The notes under the pieces were generated by a model, which made no database searches, had not been told where the DNA came from, and was given only the letters and a program-made list of their open reading frames with translations. From Haliotis cracherodii (Eukaryota), in the NCBI RefSeq assembly GCF_022045235.1, contig NW_027266341.1:53320001-53384000 (forward strand): a stretch of DNA of 64,000 nucleotides, in the 5' to 3' direction. Made by a program: the position numbers and the translations under genes. Shown one piece after another: positions 26,634-40,688 of this stretch. The first letter of the stretch is position 1. Every line of letters begins with the position of its first letter.

Positions 26634-29338
26634 CGCCCGACGCTATAATGTACGAACAGGTTTCATCTGAGAACCACATGTCAAGTTTACAATCTAACAT
26701 TTTCAGTTATGACAATTGCAAATGGCGGCCGCCATCTTCAGTCCCGATACTGCTGCCTAACAACGACCAATTTCACGTCTAATTTAGCATCTTAATACTG
26801 TTAAGTGGAATAATTGTGATCTTAAATACCTTGAATTTGAAGCCTTGTATTCATCTTGGAAGAAGACACACTTGGAATGATACAGCAGTGAGCGAAACGT
26901 AGAGGTCAGCGGAGCAAAAGCGATCGTTTTTCTGTTGAAAACAGAAGGGACGTCGATAACGGCAACGGTAACTACGTTACGGAGTTCGAGGAGTCAGAAC
27001 GAGGCTCATCGCCAGCTTCCGGCGTGATAAAGCCTAATGGCATTGCCAAGGGTGAAAACTGCCGGGTTTATTTCGTCTGAACACCGGGATTAAGTTGTAT
27101 CTTACAACTGAAACGTTGCCTACATCAGTTCAGAGTTTGAAAAATATGTGCAGGTGAAACTAGGTGTTTTTCGTGCCTCCATTACTCGAAACAGGGTGAA
27201 TTTTGTTCACTTTGATATGGACATTAACTTTAAACGTTTGCTAGGCCGAATAGCGATACCACATAACGACCCTCTATTATACTAACCTTCACAATACCTT
27301 TTACATTCGACAAACTGACACGGGCTAGCAGGCTAGTAAGAATGCACATCTCTGATAATCCATGTGGGATTTGGGAATTATTCCCTATCCTACAGAGATA
27401 AAATAAAAGTTAAATGGTACTGGTATTTTCCAACGTGTGCAGCGACAGTTCTTATTTGGTTTGATTTCTAATCTGGAAACACGATGACCACAGAAAATAG
27501 CTAATAGGAGAGAAAGATAAATGACAAGCATATTGGTTTTTACTACACTAGGCCTGAGGGGCCGACCATTTCATGTTCGTTTGGAAGGGGGAGTGGGCGA
27601 CGTTGGATTTTGTATGGAGACTAGATATTTTTCAGCTGCAAATGCAAAATCAGTTATAAACAATGAGCCTAAATAAAACATTTTTCAAAAACCCACCTTG
27701 CAACAACGTATTTTTGGTGGCCGACATGTTCTTTTTGTCCAACATATGGAAGCCTAATTAGTTTTCAATCAACTTTGGAGACAATATATTTTTTTTCTGA
27801 AAAAATCCTAGCCACCCACACACTCACAGTCAGAGAAATCCTATTGACCGTCCCATTTTGGAAACCTTGATGTGGACGTACAGGGGTAGAATTCAGACCC
27901 CTTGTATCATTTAGGTATTTTTGTAGAATGCCAGATACGAATATTACGTCATATATATATATTAATCTACTCTTGCATACGAGTAGTTGTCAATATAGGC
28001 TTTCTACTTGCGCCTGGCCTCGGCCTATGTATAAAAGCATGCCCTCTGCAATTTCTGAAGACCACGGGCCAAAAGACAAGCAGTGAGGTGATGAGACGAG
28101 TGGAATCCAATATTGACTGAGGCGAAGGGAGATCACTCTCAACCCCTTGTCCGACTACTGCTATTAGTTGGGTGAAGTGCTCGTAATATATCCCATGTGG
28201 CGACACTTGTGTTTTAGAGAAGAAAGGCAATTCTCGATTCGCACTCCTTTAAAAGGAAGCCACGATTATTGTTACATTAGAAACGATTAGCTATTATATT
28301 GGAATATAAAATTTATTCCAGATAACAAAGTATCAGAGAGCTGTCCTCAGAGAATATCCCGTGTCACAATTGTCGCCACATAAACATTTAGAAGTGTCTG
28401 ATCTTAAGGTAACCCCACCTATTTAGAAATCTTCTGCTAAGTGCAGATCATGAAATTGGGACACAGCAGCACAGCAATATAGAGGCAGCATTCACTTTTT
28501 AACAATATCCATATGAATTTATGTCACATGTTCGGAAATCTTGAGGATTTGGCCAATATTGCGATGCTGCTGTCGCCCATATATTATTAGCTGTAAGGAA
28601 GAAACACTGTAGAGAAAACAGACGACTTGTGTATACATTACAGAAACATTTATTCAGATGACCGAAAGTCGAAAGTAATATGCCTCAAAGGAGATCCAAA
28701 AACGGGCCAAAATTGTATAGAAAGTATGGTCTTGTGCCATGCTAATAAACCAAGAGGTTTGCCGAAAGGAAACTGAAGGTCGGGCCAAAACAGTGAGCCT
28801 AAAAATACGCCAAAAATACGCTAAGAGCGGGTATATGGAATGGTAGTCTCTCTCTCTCTCTCATACATGTATGCTCGTTCATTTACTCTAACTCTCACCT
28901 CTAACATACATACACTCTCCCTCTCACACATACAAACATACATACACACATTATTATGCATACATGCTCATTCACTCTCTCACACTCACACGCAAATACA
29001 CACACATACATGCATACAGACAGAAACAGACAGACATGCCAATTCAATCTTTCATTTACTCTCACACACACGCACACATTACACACACACACAAACATAC
29101 ATATTCATTCAGTCTCTCTTTCTCACACACATATACATACACACACATGCATGTTCATTCAAACTTATATTNNNNNNNNNNNNNNNNNNNNNNNNNNNNN
29201 NNNNNNNNNNNNNNNNNNNNNNNNNNNNNNNNNNNNNNNNNNNNNNNNNNNNNNNNNNNNNNNNNNNNNNNNNNNNNNNNNNNNNNNNNNNNNNNNNNNN
29301 TCACTTGCACACATTCAGACATTAAAAGGATAAGGAGT

Positions 29339-30102
29339 CTAAGAGAAGATCTTCCTAAAGAAGGCAGCCGCTCTCGTCAGCGCCTTTCTAAGGGGATGAA
29401 TCTCTCTGTCATCCACAAAGCTGTGGTCGTCGTCGTCCTCGTACACCCAGTAGTCACTGTCATCGTCGTCACTTGGGGCAGGATAGTAAGCGGCGTGGTT
29501 GATGGTGACAGGGGCGGGGAGCGTCTCACCGTAGACAGGGCGGGCCCAGAACGGAGTGAAGACGCTCAGGGGGTCGGGACAACGGGAAGGGGACACAGCC
29601 AGGGAACGCTACACATCGAGGGGTGGAGGGAGGGACAAAGGAAGTCAAGTCAGACAGAAATACGGGATAATTTTGCATAGAAAACGAATCACACTTTATT
29701 ATAGGGACTGGGCAGACTTAATGTGCAACAAATCAGCTATACTAGACGGAAGAACTTATAGGGTGGGCAAGTAAAACTACATACACAGTCGGACTCCTCA
29801 TCCTGAGACGGCCACAAACTCACAGCCGCAGGAGTGCCATAATAGCGAATTATATCCTCCCGAGCTGAAAAAGAAAAACGAAAGCTAGCCTCAGTTAAAT
29901 GTACGCCGACGGCTACGTTCAAAAAATCACAATTCATGACTTCTGACAGCTACAGTATCCCACTCGACCTCGGCCCTTTGACACCTCGAAGTCCAAGTGT
30001 ATGTAGGGTTACAGGCTGTGCTGCAAGACGACATTTAACCAATAAAATGGGCCAAACAGCTCCCTTTCACGGAAAACGGGTTATCTTACATCTGTACAAC
30101 AT
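29339..30102 (-). CDS. Array orphan gene copy 9 (3 exons)
   Basis: As copy 1; synonymous GAC>GAT (Asp) in exon 2. Confidence 0.65.
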
Positions 30103-32794
30103 CGCCCGACGCTATAATGTACGAACAGGTTTCATCTGAGAACCACATGTCAAGTTTACAATCTAACATTTTCAGTTATGACAATTGCAAATGGCGGCCG
30201 CCATCTTCAGTCCCGATACTGCTGCCTAACAACGACCAATTTCACGTCTAATTTAGCATCTTAATACTGTTAAGTGGAATAATTGTGATCTTAAATACCT
30301 TGAATGTGAAGCCTTGTATTCATCTTGGAAGAAGACACACTTGGAATGATACAGCAGTGAGCGAAACGTAGAGGTCAGCGGAGCAAAAGCGATCGTTTTT
30401 CTGTTGAAAACAGAAGGGACGTCGATAACGGCAACGGTAACTACGTTACGGAGTTCGAGGAGTCAGAACTAGGCTCATCGCCAGCTTCCGGCGTGGTAAA
30501 GCCTAATGGCATTGCCAAGGGTGAAAACTGCCGGGTTTATTTCGTCTGAACACCGGGATTAAGTTGTATCTTACAACTGAAACGTTGCCTACATCAGTTC
30601 AGAGTTAAAAAAAATGTGCAGGTGAAACTAGGTGTTTTTCGTGCCTCCATTACTCGAAACAGGGTGAATTTTGTTCACTTTGATATGGACATTAACCTTA
30701 AACGTTTGCTAGGCCGAATAGCGATACCATATAACGACCCTCTATTATACTAACCTTCACAATACCTTTTACATTCGACAAACTGACACGGGCTAGCAGG
30801 CTAGTAAGAATGCACATCTCTGATAATCCATGTGGGATTTGGGAATTATTCCCTATCCTACAGAGATAAAATAAAAGTTAAATGGTACTGGTATTTTCCA
30901 ACGTGTGCAGCGACAGTTCTTATTTGGTTTGATTTCTAATCTGGAAACACGATGACCACAGAAAATAGCTAATAGGAGAGAAAGATAAATGACAAGCATA
31001 TTGGTTTTTACTACACTAGGCCTGAGGGGCCGACCATTTCATGTTCGTTTGGAAGGGGGAGTGGGCGACGTTGGATTTTGTATGGAGACTAGATATTTTT
31101 CAGCTGCAAATGCAAAATCAGTTATAAACAATGAGCCTAAATAAAACATTGTTCAAAAACCCACCTTGCAACAACGAATTTTTGGTGGCCGACATGTTCT
31201 TTTTGTCCAACATATGGAAGCCTAATTAGTTTTCAATCAACTTTGGAGACAATATATTTTTTTTCTGAAAAAATCCTAGCCACCCACACACTCACAGTCA
31301 GAGAAATCCTATTGACCGTCCCATTTTGGAAACCTTGATGTGGACGTACAGGGGTAGAATTCAGACCCCTTGTATCATTTAGGTATTTTTGTAGAATGCC
31401 AGATACGAATATTACGTCATATATATATATTAATCTACTCTTGCATACGAGTAGGTGTCAATATAGGCTTTCTACTTGCGCCTGGCCTCGGCCTATGTAT
31501 AAAAGCATGCCCTCTGCAATTTCTGAAGACCACGGGCCAAAAGACAAGCAGTGAGGTGATGAGACGAGTGGAATCCAATATTGACTGAGGCGAAGGGAGA
31601 TCACTCTCAACCCCTTGTCCGACTACTGCTATTAGTTGGGTGAAGTGCTCGTAATATATCCCATGTGGCGACACTTGTGTTTTAGAGAAGAAAGGCAATT
31701 CTCGATTCGCACTCCTTTAAAAGGAAGCCACGATTATTGTTACATTAGAAACGATTAGCTATTATATTGGAATATAAAATTTATTCCAGATAACAAAGTA
31801 TCAGAGAGCTGTCCTCAGAGAATATCCCGTGTCACAATTGTCGCCACATAAACATTTAGAAGTGTCTGATCTTAAGGTAACCCCACCTATTTAGAAATCT
31901 TCTGCTAAGTGCAGATCATGAAATTGGGACACAGCAGCACAGCAATATAGAGGCAGCATTCACTTTTTAACAATATCCATATGAATTTATGTCACATGTT
32001 CGGAAATCTTGAGGATTTGGCCAATATTGCGATGCTGCTGTCGCCCATATATTATTAGCTGTAAGGAAGAAACACTGTAGAGAAAACAGACGACTTGTGT
32101 ATACATTACAGAAACATTTATTCAGATGACCGAAAGTCGAAAGTAATATGCCTCAAGGGAGATCCAAAAACGGGCCAAAATTGTATAGAAAGTATGGTCT
32201 TGTGCCATGCTAATAAACCAAGAGGTTTGCCGAAAGGAAACTGAAGGTCGGGCCAAAACAGTGAGCCTAAAAATACGCCAAAAATACGCTAAGAGCGGGT
32301 ATATGGAATGGTAGTCTCTCTCTCTCTCTCTCATACATGTATGCTCGTTCATTTACTCTTACTCTCACCTCTAACATACATACACTCTCCCTCTCACACA
32401 TACAAACATACATACACACATTATTATGCATACATGCTCATTCACTCTCTCACACTCACACGCAAATACACACACATACATGCATACAGACAGACACGCC
32501 AATTCAATCTTTCATTTACTCTCACACACACGCACACATTACACACACACACAAACATACATATTCATTCAGTCTCTCTTTCTCACACACATATACATAC
32601 ACACACATGCATGTTTATTCAAACTTATATTTACACTCACACAAACGCACACATACATACATACATACATACATACATACATACATACATACATACATAC
32701 ATACATACATACATACATACATACATACATACATACATACCTGCTCATTCATTCACTCACTTGCACACATTCAGACATTAAAAGGATAAGGAGT

Positions 32795-33558
32795 CTAAGA
32801 GAAGATCTTCCTAAAGAAGGCAGCCGCTCTCGTCAGCGCCTTTCTAAGGGGATGAATCTCTCTGTCATCCACAAAGCTGTGGTCGTCGTCGTCCTCGTAC
32901 ACCCAGTAGTCACTGTCATCGTCGTCACTTGGGGCAGGATAGTAAGCGGCGTGGTTGATGGTGACAGGGGCGGGGAGCGTCTCACCGTAGACAGGGCGGG
33001 CCCAGAACGGAGTGAAGACGCTCAGGGGGTCGGGACAACGGGAAGGGGACACAGCCAGGGAACGCTACACATCGAGGGGTGGAGGGAGGGACAAAGGAAG
33101 TCAAGTCAGACAGAAATACGGGATAATTTTGCATAGAAAACGAATCACACTTTATTATAGGGACTGGGCAGACTTAATGTGCAACAAATCAGCTATACTA
33201 GACGGAAGAACTTATAGGGTGGGCAAGTAAAACTACATACACAGTCGGACTCCTCATCCTGAGACGGCCACAAACTCACAGCCGCAGGAGTGCCATAATA
33301 GCGAATTATGTCCTCCCGAGCTGAAAAAGAAAAACGAAAGCTAGCCTCAGTTAAATGTACGCCGACGGCTACGTTCAAAAAATCACAATTCATGACTTCT
33401 GACAGCTACAGTATGACACTCGACCTCGGCCCTTTGACACCTCGAAGTCCAAGTGTATGTAGGGTTACAGGCTGTGCTGCAAGACGACATTTAACCAATA
33501 AAATGGGCCAAACAGCTCCCTTTCACGGAAAACGGGTTATCTTACATCTGTACAACAT
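32795..33558 (-). CDS. Array orphan gene copy 10 (3 exons)
   Basis: As copy 1. Confidence 0.65.
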
Positions 33559-36359
33559 CGCCCGACGCTATAATGTACGAACAGGTTTCATCTGAGAACC
33601 ACATGTCAAGTTTACAATCTAACATTTTCAGTTATGACAATTGCAAATGGCGGCCGCCATCTTCAGTCCCGATACTGCTGCCTAACAACGACCAATTTCA
33701 CGTCTAATTTAGCATCTTAATACTGTTAAGTGGAATAATTGTGATCTTAAATACCTTGAATGTGAAGCCTTGTATTCATCTTGGAAGAAGACACACTTGG
33801 AATGATACAGCAGTGAGCGAAACGTAGAGGTCAGCGGAGCAAAAGCGATCGTTTTTCTGTTGAAAACAGAAGGGACGTCGATAACGGCAACGGTAACTAC
33901 GTTACGGAGTTCGAGGAGTCAGAACGAGGCTCATCGCCAGCTTCCGGCGTGGTAAAGCCTAATGGCATTGCCAAGGGTGAAAACTGCCGGGTTTATTTCG
34001 TCTGAACACCGGGATTAAGTTGTATCTTACAACTGAAACGTTGCCTACATCAGTTCATAGTTAAAAAAAATGTGCAGGTGAAACTAGGTGTTTTTCGTGC
34101 CTCCATTACTCGAAACAGGGTGAATTTTGTTCACTTTGATATGGACATTAACCTTAAACGTTTGCTAGGCCGAATAGCGATACCACATAACGACCCTCTA
34201 TTATACTAACCTTCACAATACCTTTTACATTCGACAAACTGACACGGGCTAGCAGGCTAGTAAGAATGCACATCTCTGATAATCCATGTGGGATTTGGGA
34301 ATTATTCCCTATCCTACAGGGATAAAATAAAAGTTAAATGGTACTGGTATTTTCCAACGTGTGCAGCGACAGTTCTTATTTGGTTTGATTTCTAATCTGG
34401 AAACACGATGACCACAGAAAATAGCTAATAGGAGAGAAAGATAAATGACAAGCATATTGGTTTTTACTACACTAGGCCTGAGGGGCCGACCATTTCATGT
34501 TCGTTTGGAAGGGGGAGTGGGCGACGTTGGATTTTGTATGGAGACTAGATATTTTTCAGCTGCAAATGCAAAATCAGTTATAAACAATGAGCCTAAATAA
34601 AACATTTTTCAAAAACCCACCTTGCAACAACGTATTTTTGGTGGCCGACATGTTCTTTTTGTCCAACATATGGAAGCCTAATTAGTTTTCAATCAACTTT
34701 GGAGACAATATATTTTTTTTCTGAAAAAATCCTAGCCACCCACATACTCACAGTCAGAGAAATCCTATTGACCGTCCCATTTTGGAAACCTTGATGTGGA
34801 CGTACAGGGGTAGAATTCAGACCCCTTGTATCATTTAGGTATTTTTGTAGAATGCCAGATACGAATATTACGTCATATATATATATTAATCTACTCTTGC
34901 ATACGAGTAGGTGTCAATATAGGCTTTCTACTTGCGCCTGGCCTCGGCCTATGTATAAAAGCATGCCCTCTGCAATTTCTGAAGACCACGGGCCAAAAGA
35001 CAAGCAGTGAGGTGATGAGACGAGTGGAATCCAATATTGACTGAGGCGAAGGGAGATCACTCTCAACCCCTTGTCCGACTACTGCTATTAGTTGGGTGAA
35101 GTGCTCGTAATATATCCCATGTGGCGACACTTGTGTTTTAGAGAAGAAAGGCAATTCTCGATTCGCACTCCTTTAAAAGGAAGCCACGATTATTGTTACA
35201 TTAGAAACGATTAGCTATTATATTGGAATATAAAATTTATTCCAGATAACAAAGTATCAGAGAGCTGTCCTCAGAGAATATCCCGTGTCACAATTGTCGC
35301 CACATAAACATTTAGAAGTGTCTGATCTTAAGGTAACCCCACCTATTTAGAAATCTTCTGCTAAGTGCAGATCATGAAACTGGGACACAGCAGCACAGCA
35401 ATATAGAGGCAGCATTCACTTTTTAACAATATCCATATGAATTTATGTCACATGTTCGGAAATCTTGAGGATTTGGCCAATATTGCGATGCTGCTGTCGC
35501 CCATATATTATTAGCTGTAAGGAAGAAACACTGTAGAGAAAACAGACGACTTGTGTATACATTACAGAAACATTTATTCAGATGACCGAAAGTCGAAAGT
35601 AATATGCCTCAAAGGAGATCCAAAAACGGGCCAAATTTGTATAGAAAGTATGGTCTTGTGCCATGCTAATAAACCAAGAGGTTTGCCGAAAGGAAACTGA
35701 AGGTCGGGCCAAAACAGTGAGCCTAAAAATACGCCAAAAATACGCTAAGAGCGGNNNNNNNNNNNNNNNNNNNNNNNNNNNNNNNNNNNNNNNNNNNNNN
35801 NNNNNNNNNNNNNNNNNNNNNNNNNNNNNNNNNNNNNNNNNNNNNNNNNNNNNNNNNNNNNNNNNNNNNNNNNNNNNNNNNNNNNTTACTCTAACTCTCA
35901 CCTCTAACATACATACACTCTCCCTCTCATACATACAAACATACATACACACATTATTATGCATACATGCTCATTCACTCTCTCACAATCACACGCAAAT
36001 ACACACACATACATGCATACAGACAGAAACAGACAGACATGCCAATTCAATCTTTCATTTACTCTCACACACACGCACACATTACACACACACACACAAA
36101 CATACATATTCATTCAGTCTCTCTTTCTCACACACATATACATACACACACATGCATGTTCATTCAAACTTATATTNNNNNNNNNNNNNNNNNNNNNNNN
36201 NNNNNNNNNNNNNNNNNNNNNNNNNNNNNNNNNNNNNNNNNNNNNNNNNNNNNNNNNNNNNNNNNNNNNNNNNNNNNNNNNNNNNNNNNNNNNNNNNNNN
36301 NNNNNNNNNNNNNNNNNNNNNTCACTTGCACACATTCAGACATTAAAAGGATAAGGAGT

Positions 36360-37123
36360 CTAAGAGAAGATCTTCCTAAAGAAGGCAGCCGCTCTCGTCA
36401 GCGCCTTTCTAAGGGGATGAATCTCTCTGTCATCCACAAAGCTGTGGTCGTCGTCGTCCTCGTACACCCAGTAGTCACTGTCATCGTCGTCACTTGGGGC
36501 AGGATAGTAAGCGGCGTGGTTGATGGTGACAGGGGCGGGGAGCGTCTCACCGTAGACAGGGCGGGCCCAGAACGGAGTGAAGACGCTCAGGGGGTCGGGA
36601 CAACGGGAAGGGGACACAGCCAGGGAACGCTACACATCGAGGGGTGGAGGGAGGGACAAAGGAAGTCAAGTCAGACAGAAATACGGGATAATTTTGCATA
36701 GAAAACGAATCACACTTTATTATAGGGACTGGGCAGACCTAATGTGCAACAAATCAGCTATACTAGACGGAAGAACTTATAGGGTGGGCAAGTAAAACTA
36801 CATACACAGTCGGACTCCTCATCCTGAGACGGCCACAAACTCACAGCCGCAGGAGTGCCATAATAGCGAATTATGTCCTCCCGAGCTGAAAAAGAAAAAC
36901 GAAAGCTAGCCTCAGTTAAATGTACGCCGACGGCTACGTTCAAAAAATCACAATTCATGACTTCTGACAGCTACAGTATGACACTCGACCTCGGCCCTTT
37001 GACACCTCGAAGTTCAAGTGTATGTAGGGTTACAGGCTGTGCTGCAAGACGACATTTAACCAATAAAATGGGCCAAACAGCTCCCTTTCACGGAAAACGG
37101 GTTATCTTACATCTGTACAACAT
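36360..37123 (-). CDS. Array orphan gene copy 11 (3 exons)
   Basis: As copy 1. Confidence 0.65.
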
Positions 37124-39924
37124 CGCCCGACGCTATAATGTACGAACAGGTTTCATCTGAGAACCACATGTCAAGTTTACAATCTAACATTTTCAGTTAT
37201 GACAATTGCAAATGGCGGCCGCCATCTTCAGTCCCGATACTGCTGCCTAACAACGACCAATTTCACGTCTAATTTAGCATGTTAATACTGTTAAGTGGAA
37301 TAATTGTGATCTTAAATACCTTGAATGTGAAGCCTTGTATTCATCTTGGAAGAAGACACACTTGGAATGATACAGCAGTGAGCGAAACGTAGAGGTCAGC
37401 GGAGCAAAAGCGATCGTTTTTCTGTTGAAAACAGAAGGGACGTCGATAACGGCAACGGTAACTACGTTACGGAGTTCGAGGAGTCAGAACGAGGCTCATC
37501 GCCAGCTTCCGGCGTGGTAAAGCCTAATGGCATTGCCAAGGGTGAAAACTGCCGGGTTTATTTCGTCTGAACACCGGGATTAAGTTGTATCTTACAACTG
37601 AAACGTTGCCTACATCAGTTCATAGTTAAAAAAAATGTGCAGGTGAAACTAGGTGTTTTTCGTGCCTCCATTACTCGAAACAGGGTGAATTTTGTTCACT
37701 TTGATATGGACATTAACCTTAAACGTTTGCTAGGCCGAATAGCGATACCACATAACGACCCTCTATTATACTAACCTTCACAATACCTTTTACATTCGAC
37801 AAACTGACACGGGCTAGCAGGCTAGTAAGAATGCACATCTCTGATAATCCATGTGGGATTTGGGAATTATTCCCTATCCTACAGGGATAAAATAAAAGTT
37901 AAATGGTACTGGTATTTTCCAACGTGTGCAGCGACAGTTCTTATTTGGTTTGATTTCTAATCTGGAAACACGATGACCACAGAAAATAGCTAATAGGAGA
38001 GAAAGATAAATGACAAGCATATTGGTTTTCACTACACTAGGCCTGAGGGGCCGACCATTTCATGTTCGTTTGGAAGGGGGAGTGGGCGACGTTGGATTTT
38101 GTATGGAGACTAGATATTTTTCAGCTGCAAATGCAAAATCAGTTATAAACAATGAGCTTAAATAAAACATTTTTCAAAAACCCACCTTGCAACAACGTAT
38201 TTTTGGTGGCCGACATGTTCTTTTTGTCCAACATATGGAAGCCTAATTAGTTTTCAATCAACTTTGGAGACAATATATTTTTTTTCTGAAAAAATCCTAG
38301 CCACCCACACACTCACAGTCAGAGAAATCCTATTGACCGTCTCATTTTGGAAACCTTGATGTGGACGTACAGGGGTAGAATTCAGACCCCTTGTATCATT
38401 TAGGTATTTTTGTAGAATGCCAGATACGAATATTACGTCATATATATATATTAATCTACTCTTGCATACGAGTAGGTGTCAATATAGGCTTTCTACTTGC
38501 GCCTGGCCTCGGCCTATGTATAAAAGCATGCCCTCTGCAATTTCTGAAGACCACGGGCCAAAAGACAAGCAGTGAGGTGATGAGACGAGTGGAATCCAAT
38601 ATTGACTGAGGCGAAGGGAGATCACTCTCAACCCCTTGTCCGACTACTGCTATTAGTTGGGTGAAGTGCTCGTAATATATCCCATGTGGCGACACTTGTG
38701 TTTTAGAGAAGAAAGGCAATTCTCGATTCGCACTCCTTTAAAAGGAAGCCACGATTATTGTTACATTAGAAACGATTAGCTATTATATTGGAATATAAAA
38801 TTTATTCCAGATAACAAAGTATCAGAGAGCTGTCCTCAGAGAATATCCCGTGTCACAATTGTCGCCACATAAACATTTAGAAGTGTCTGATCTTAAGGTA
38901 ACCCCACCTATTTAGAAATCTTCTGCTAAGTGCAGATCATGAAACTGGGACACAGCAGCACAGCAATATAGAGGCAGCATTCACTTTTTAACAATATCCA
39001 TATGAATTTATGTCACATGTTCGGAAATCTTGAGGATTTGGCCAATATTGCGATGCTGCTGTCGCCCATATATTATTAGCTGTAAGGAAGAAACACTGTA
39101 GAGAAAACAGACGACTTGTGTATACATTACAGAAACATTTATTCAGATGACCGAAAGTCGAAAGTAATATGCCTCAAGGGAGATCCAAAAACGGGCCAAA
39201 ATTGTATAGAAAGTATGGTCTTGTGCCATGCTAATAAACCAAGAGGTTTGCCGAAAGGAAACTGAAGGTCGGGCCAAAACAGTGAGCCTAAAAATACGCC
39301 AAAAATACGCTAAGAGCGGNNNNNNNNNNNNNNNNNNNNNNNNNNNNNNNNNNNNNNNNNNNNNNNNNNNNNNNNNNNNNNNNNNNNNNNNNNNNNNNNN
39401 NNNNNNNNNNNNNNNNNNNNNNNNNNNNNNNNNNNNNNNNNNNNNNNNNNNNNNNNTTACTCTAACTCTCACCTCTAACATACATACACTCTCCCTCTCA
39501 TAAATACAAACATACATACACACATTATTATGCATACATGCTCATTCACTCTCTCACACTCACACGCAAATACACACACATACATGCATACAGACAGAAA
39601 CAGACAGACATGCCAATTCAATCTTTCATTTACTCTCACACACACGCACACATTACACACACACACAAACATACATATTCATTCAGTCTCTCTTTCTCAC
39701 ACACATATACATACACACACATGCATGTTCATTCAAACTTATATTNNNNNNNNNNNNNNNNNNNNNNNNNNNNNNNNNNNNNNNNNNNNNNNNNNNNNNN
39801 NNNNNNNNNNNNNNNNNNNNNNNNNNNNNNNNNNNNNNNNNNNNNNNNNNNNNNNNNNNNNNNNNNNNNNNNNNNNNNNNNNNNNNTCACTTGCACACAT
39901 TCAGACATTAAAAGGATAAGGAGT

Positions 39925-40688
39925 CTAAGAGAAGATCTTCCTAAAGAAGGCAGCCGCTCTCGTCAGCGCCTTTCTAAGGGGATGAATCTCTCTGTCATCC
40001 ACAAAGCTGTGGTCGTCGTCGTCCTCGTACACCCAGTAGTCACTGTCATCGTCGTCACTTGGGGCAGGATAGTAAGCGGCGTGGTTGATGGTGACAGGGG
40101 CGGGGAGCGTCTCACCGTAGACAGGGCGGGCCCAGAACGGAGTGAAGACGCTCAGGGGGTCGGGACAACGGGAAGGGGACACAGCCAGGGAACGCTACAC
40201 ATCGAGGGGTGGAGGGAGGGACAATGGAAGTCAAGTCAGACAGAAATACGGGATAATTTTGCATAGAAAACGAATCACACTTTATTATAGGGACTGGGCA
40301 GACTTAATGTGCAACAAATCAGCTATACTAGACGGAAGAACTTATAGGGTGGGCAAGTAAAACTACATACACAGTCGGACTCCTCATCCTGAGACGGCCA
40401 CAAACTCACAGCCGCAGGAGTGCCATAATAGCGAATTATGTCCTCCCGAGCTGAAAAAGAAAAACGAAAGCTAGCCTCAGTTAAATGTACGCCGACGGCT
40501 ACGTTCAAAAAATCACAATTCATGACTTCTGACAGCTACAGTATCCCACTCGACCTCGGCCCTTTGACACCTCGAAGTCCAAGTGTATGTAGGGTTACAG
40601 GCTGTGCTGCAAGACGACATTTAACCAATAAAATGGGCCAAACAGCTCCCTTTCACGGAAAACGGGTTATCTTACATCTGTACAACAT
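39925..40688 (-). CDS. Array orphan gene copy 12 (3 exons)
   Basis: As copy 1. Confidence 0.65.
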
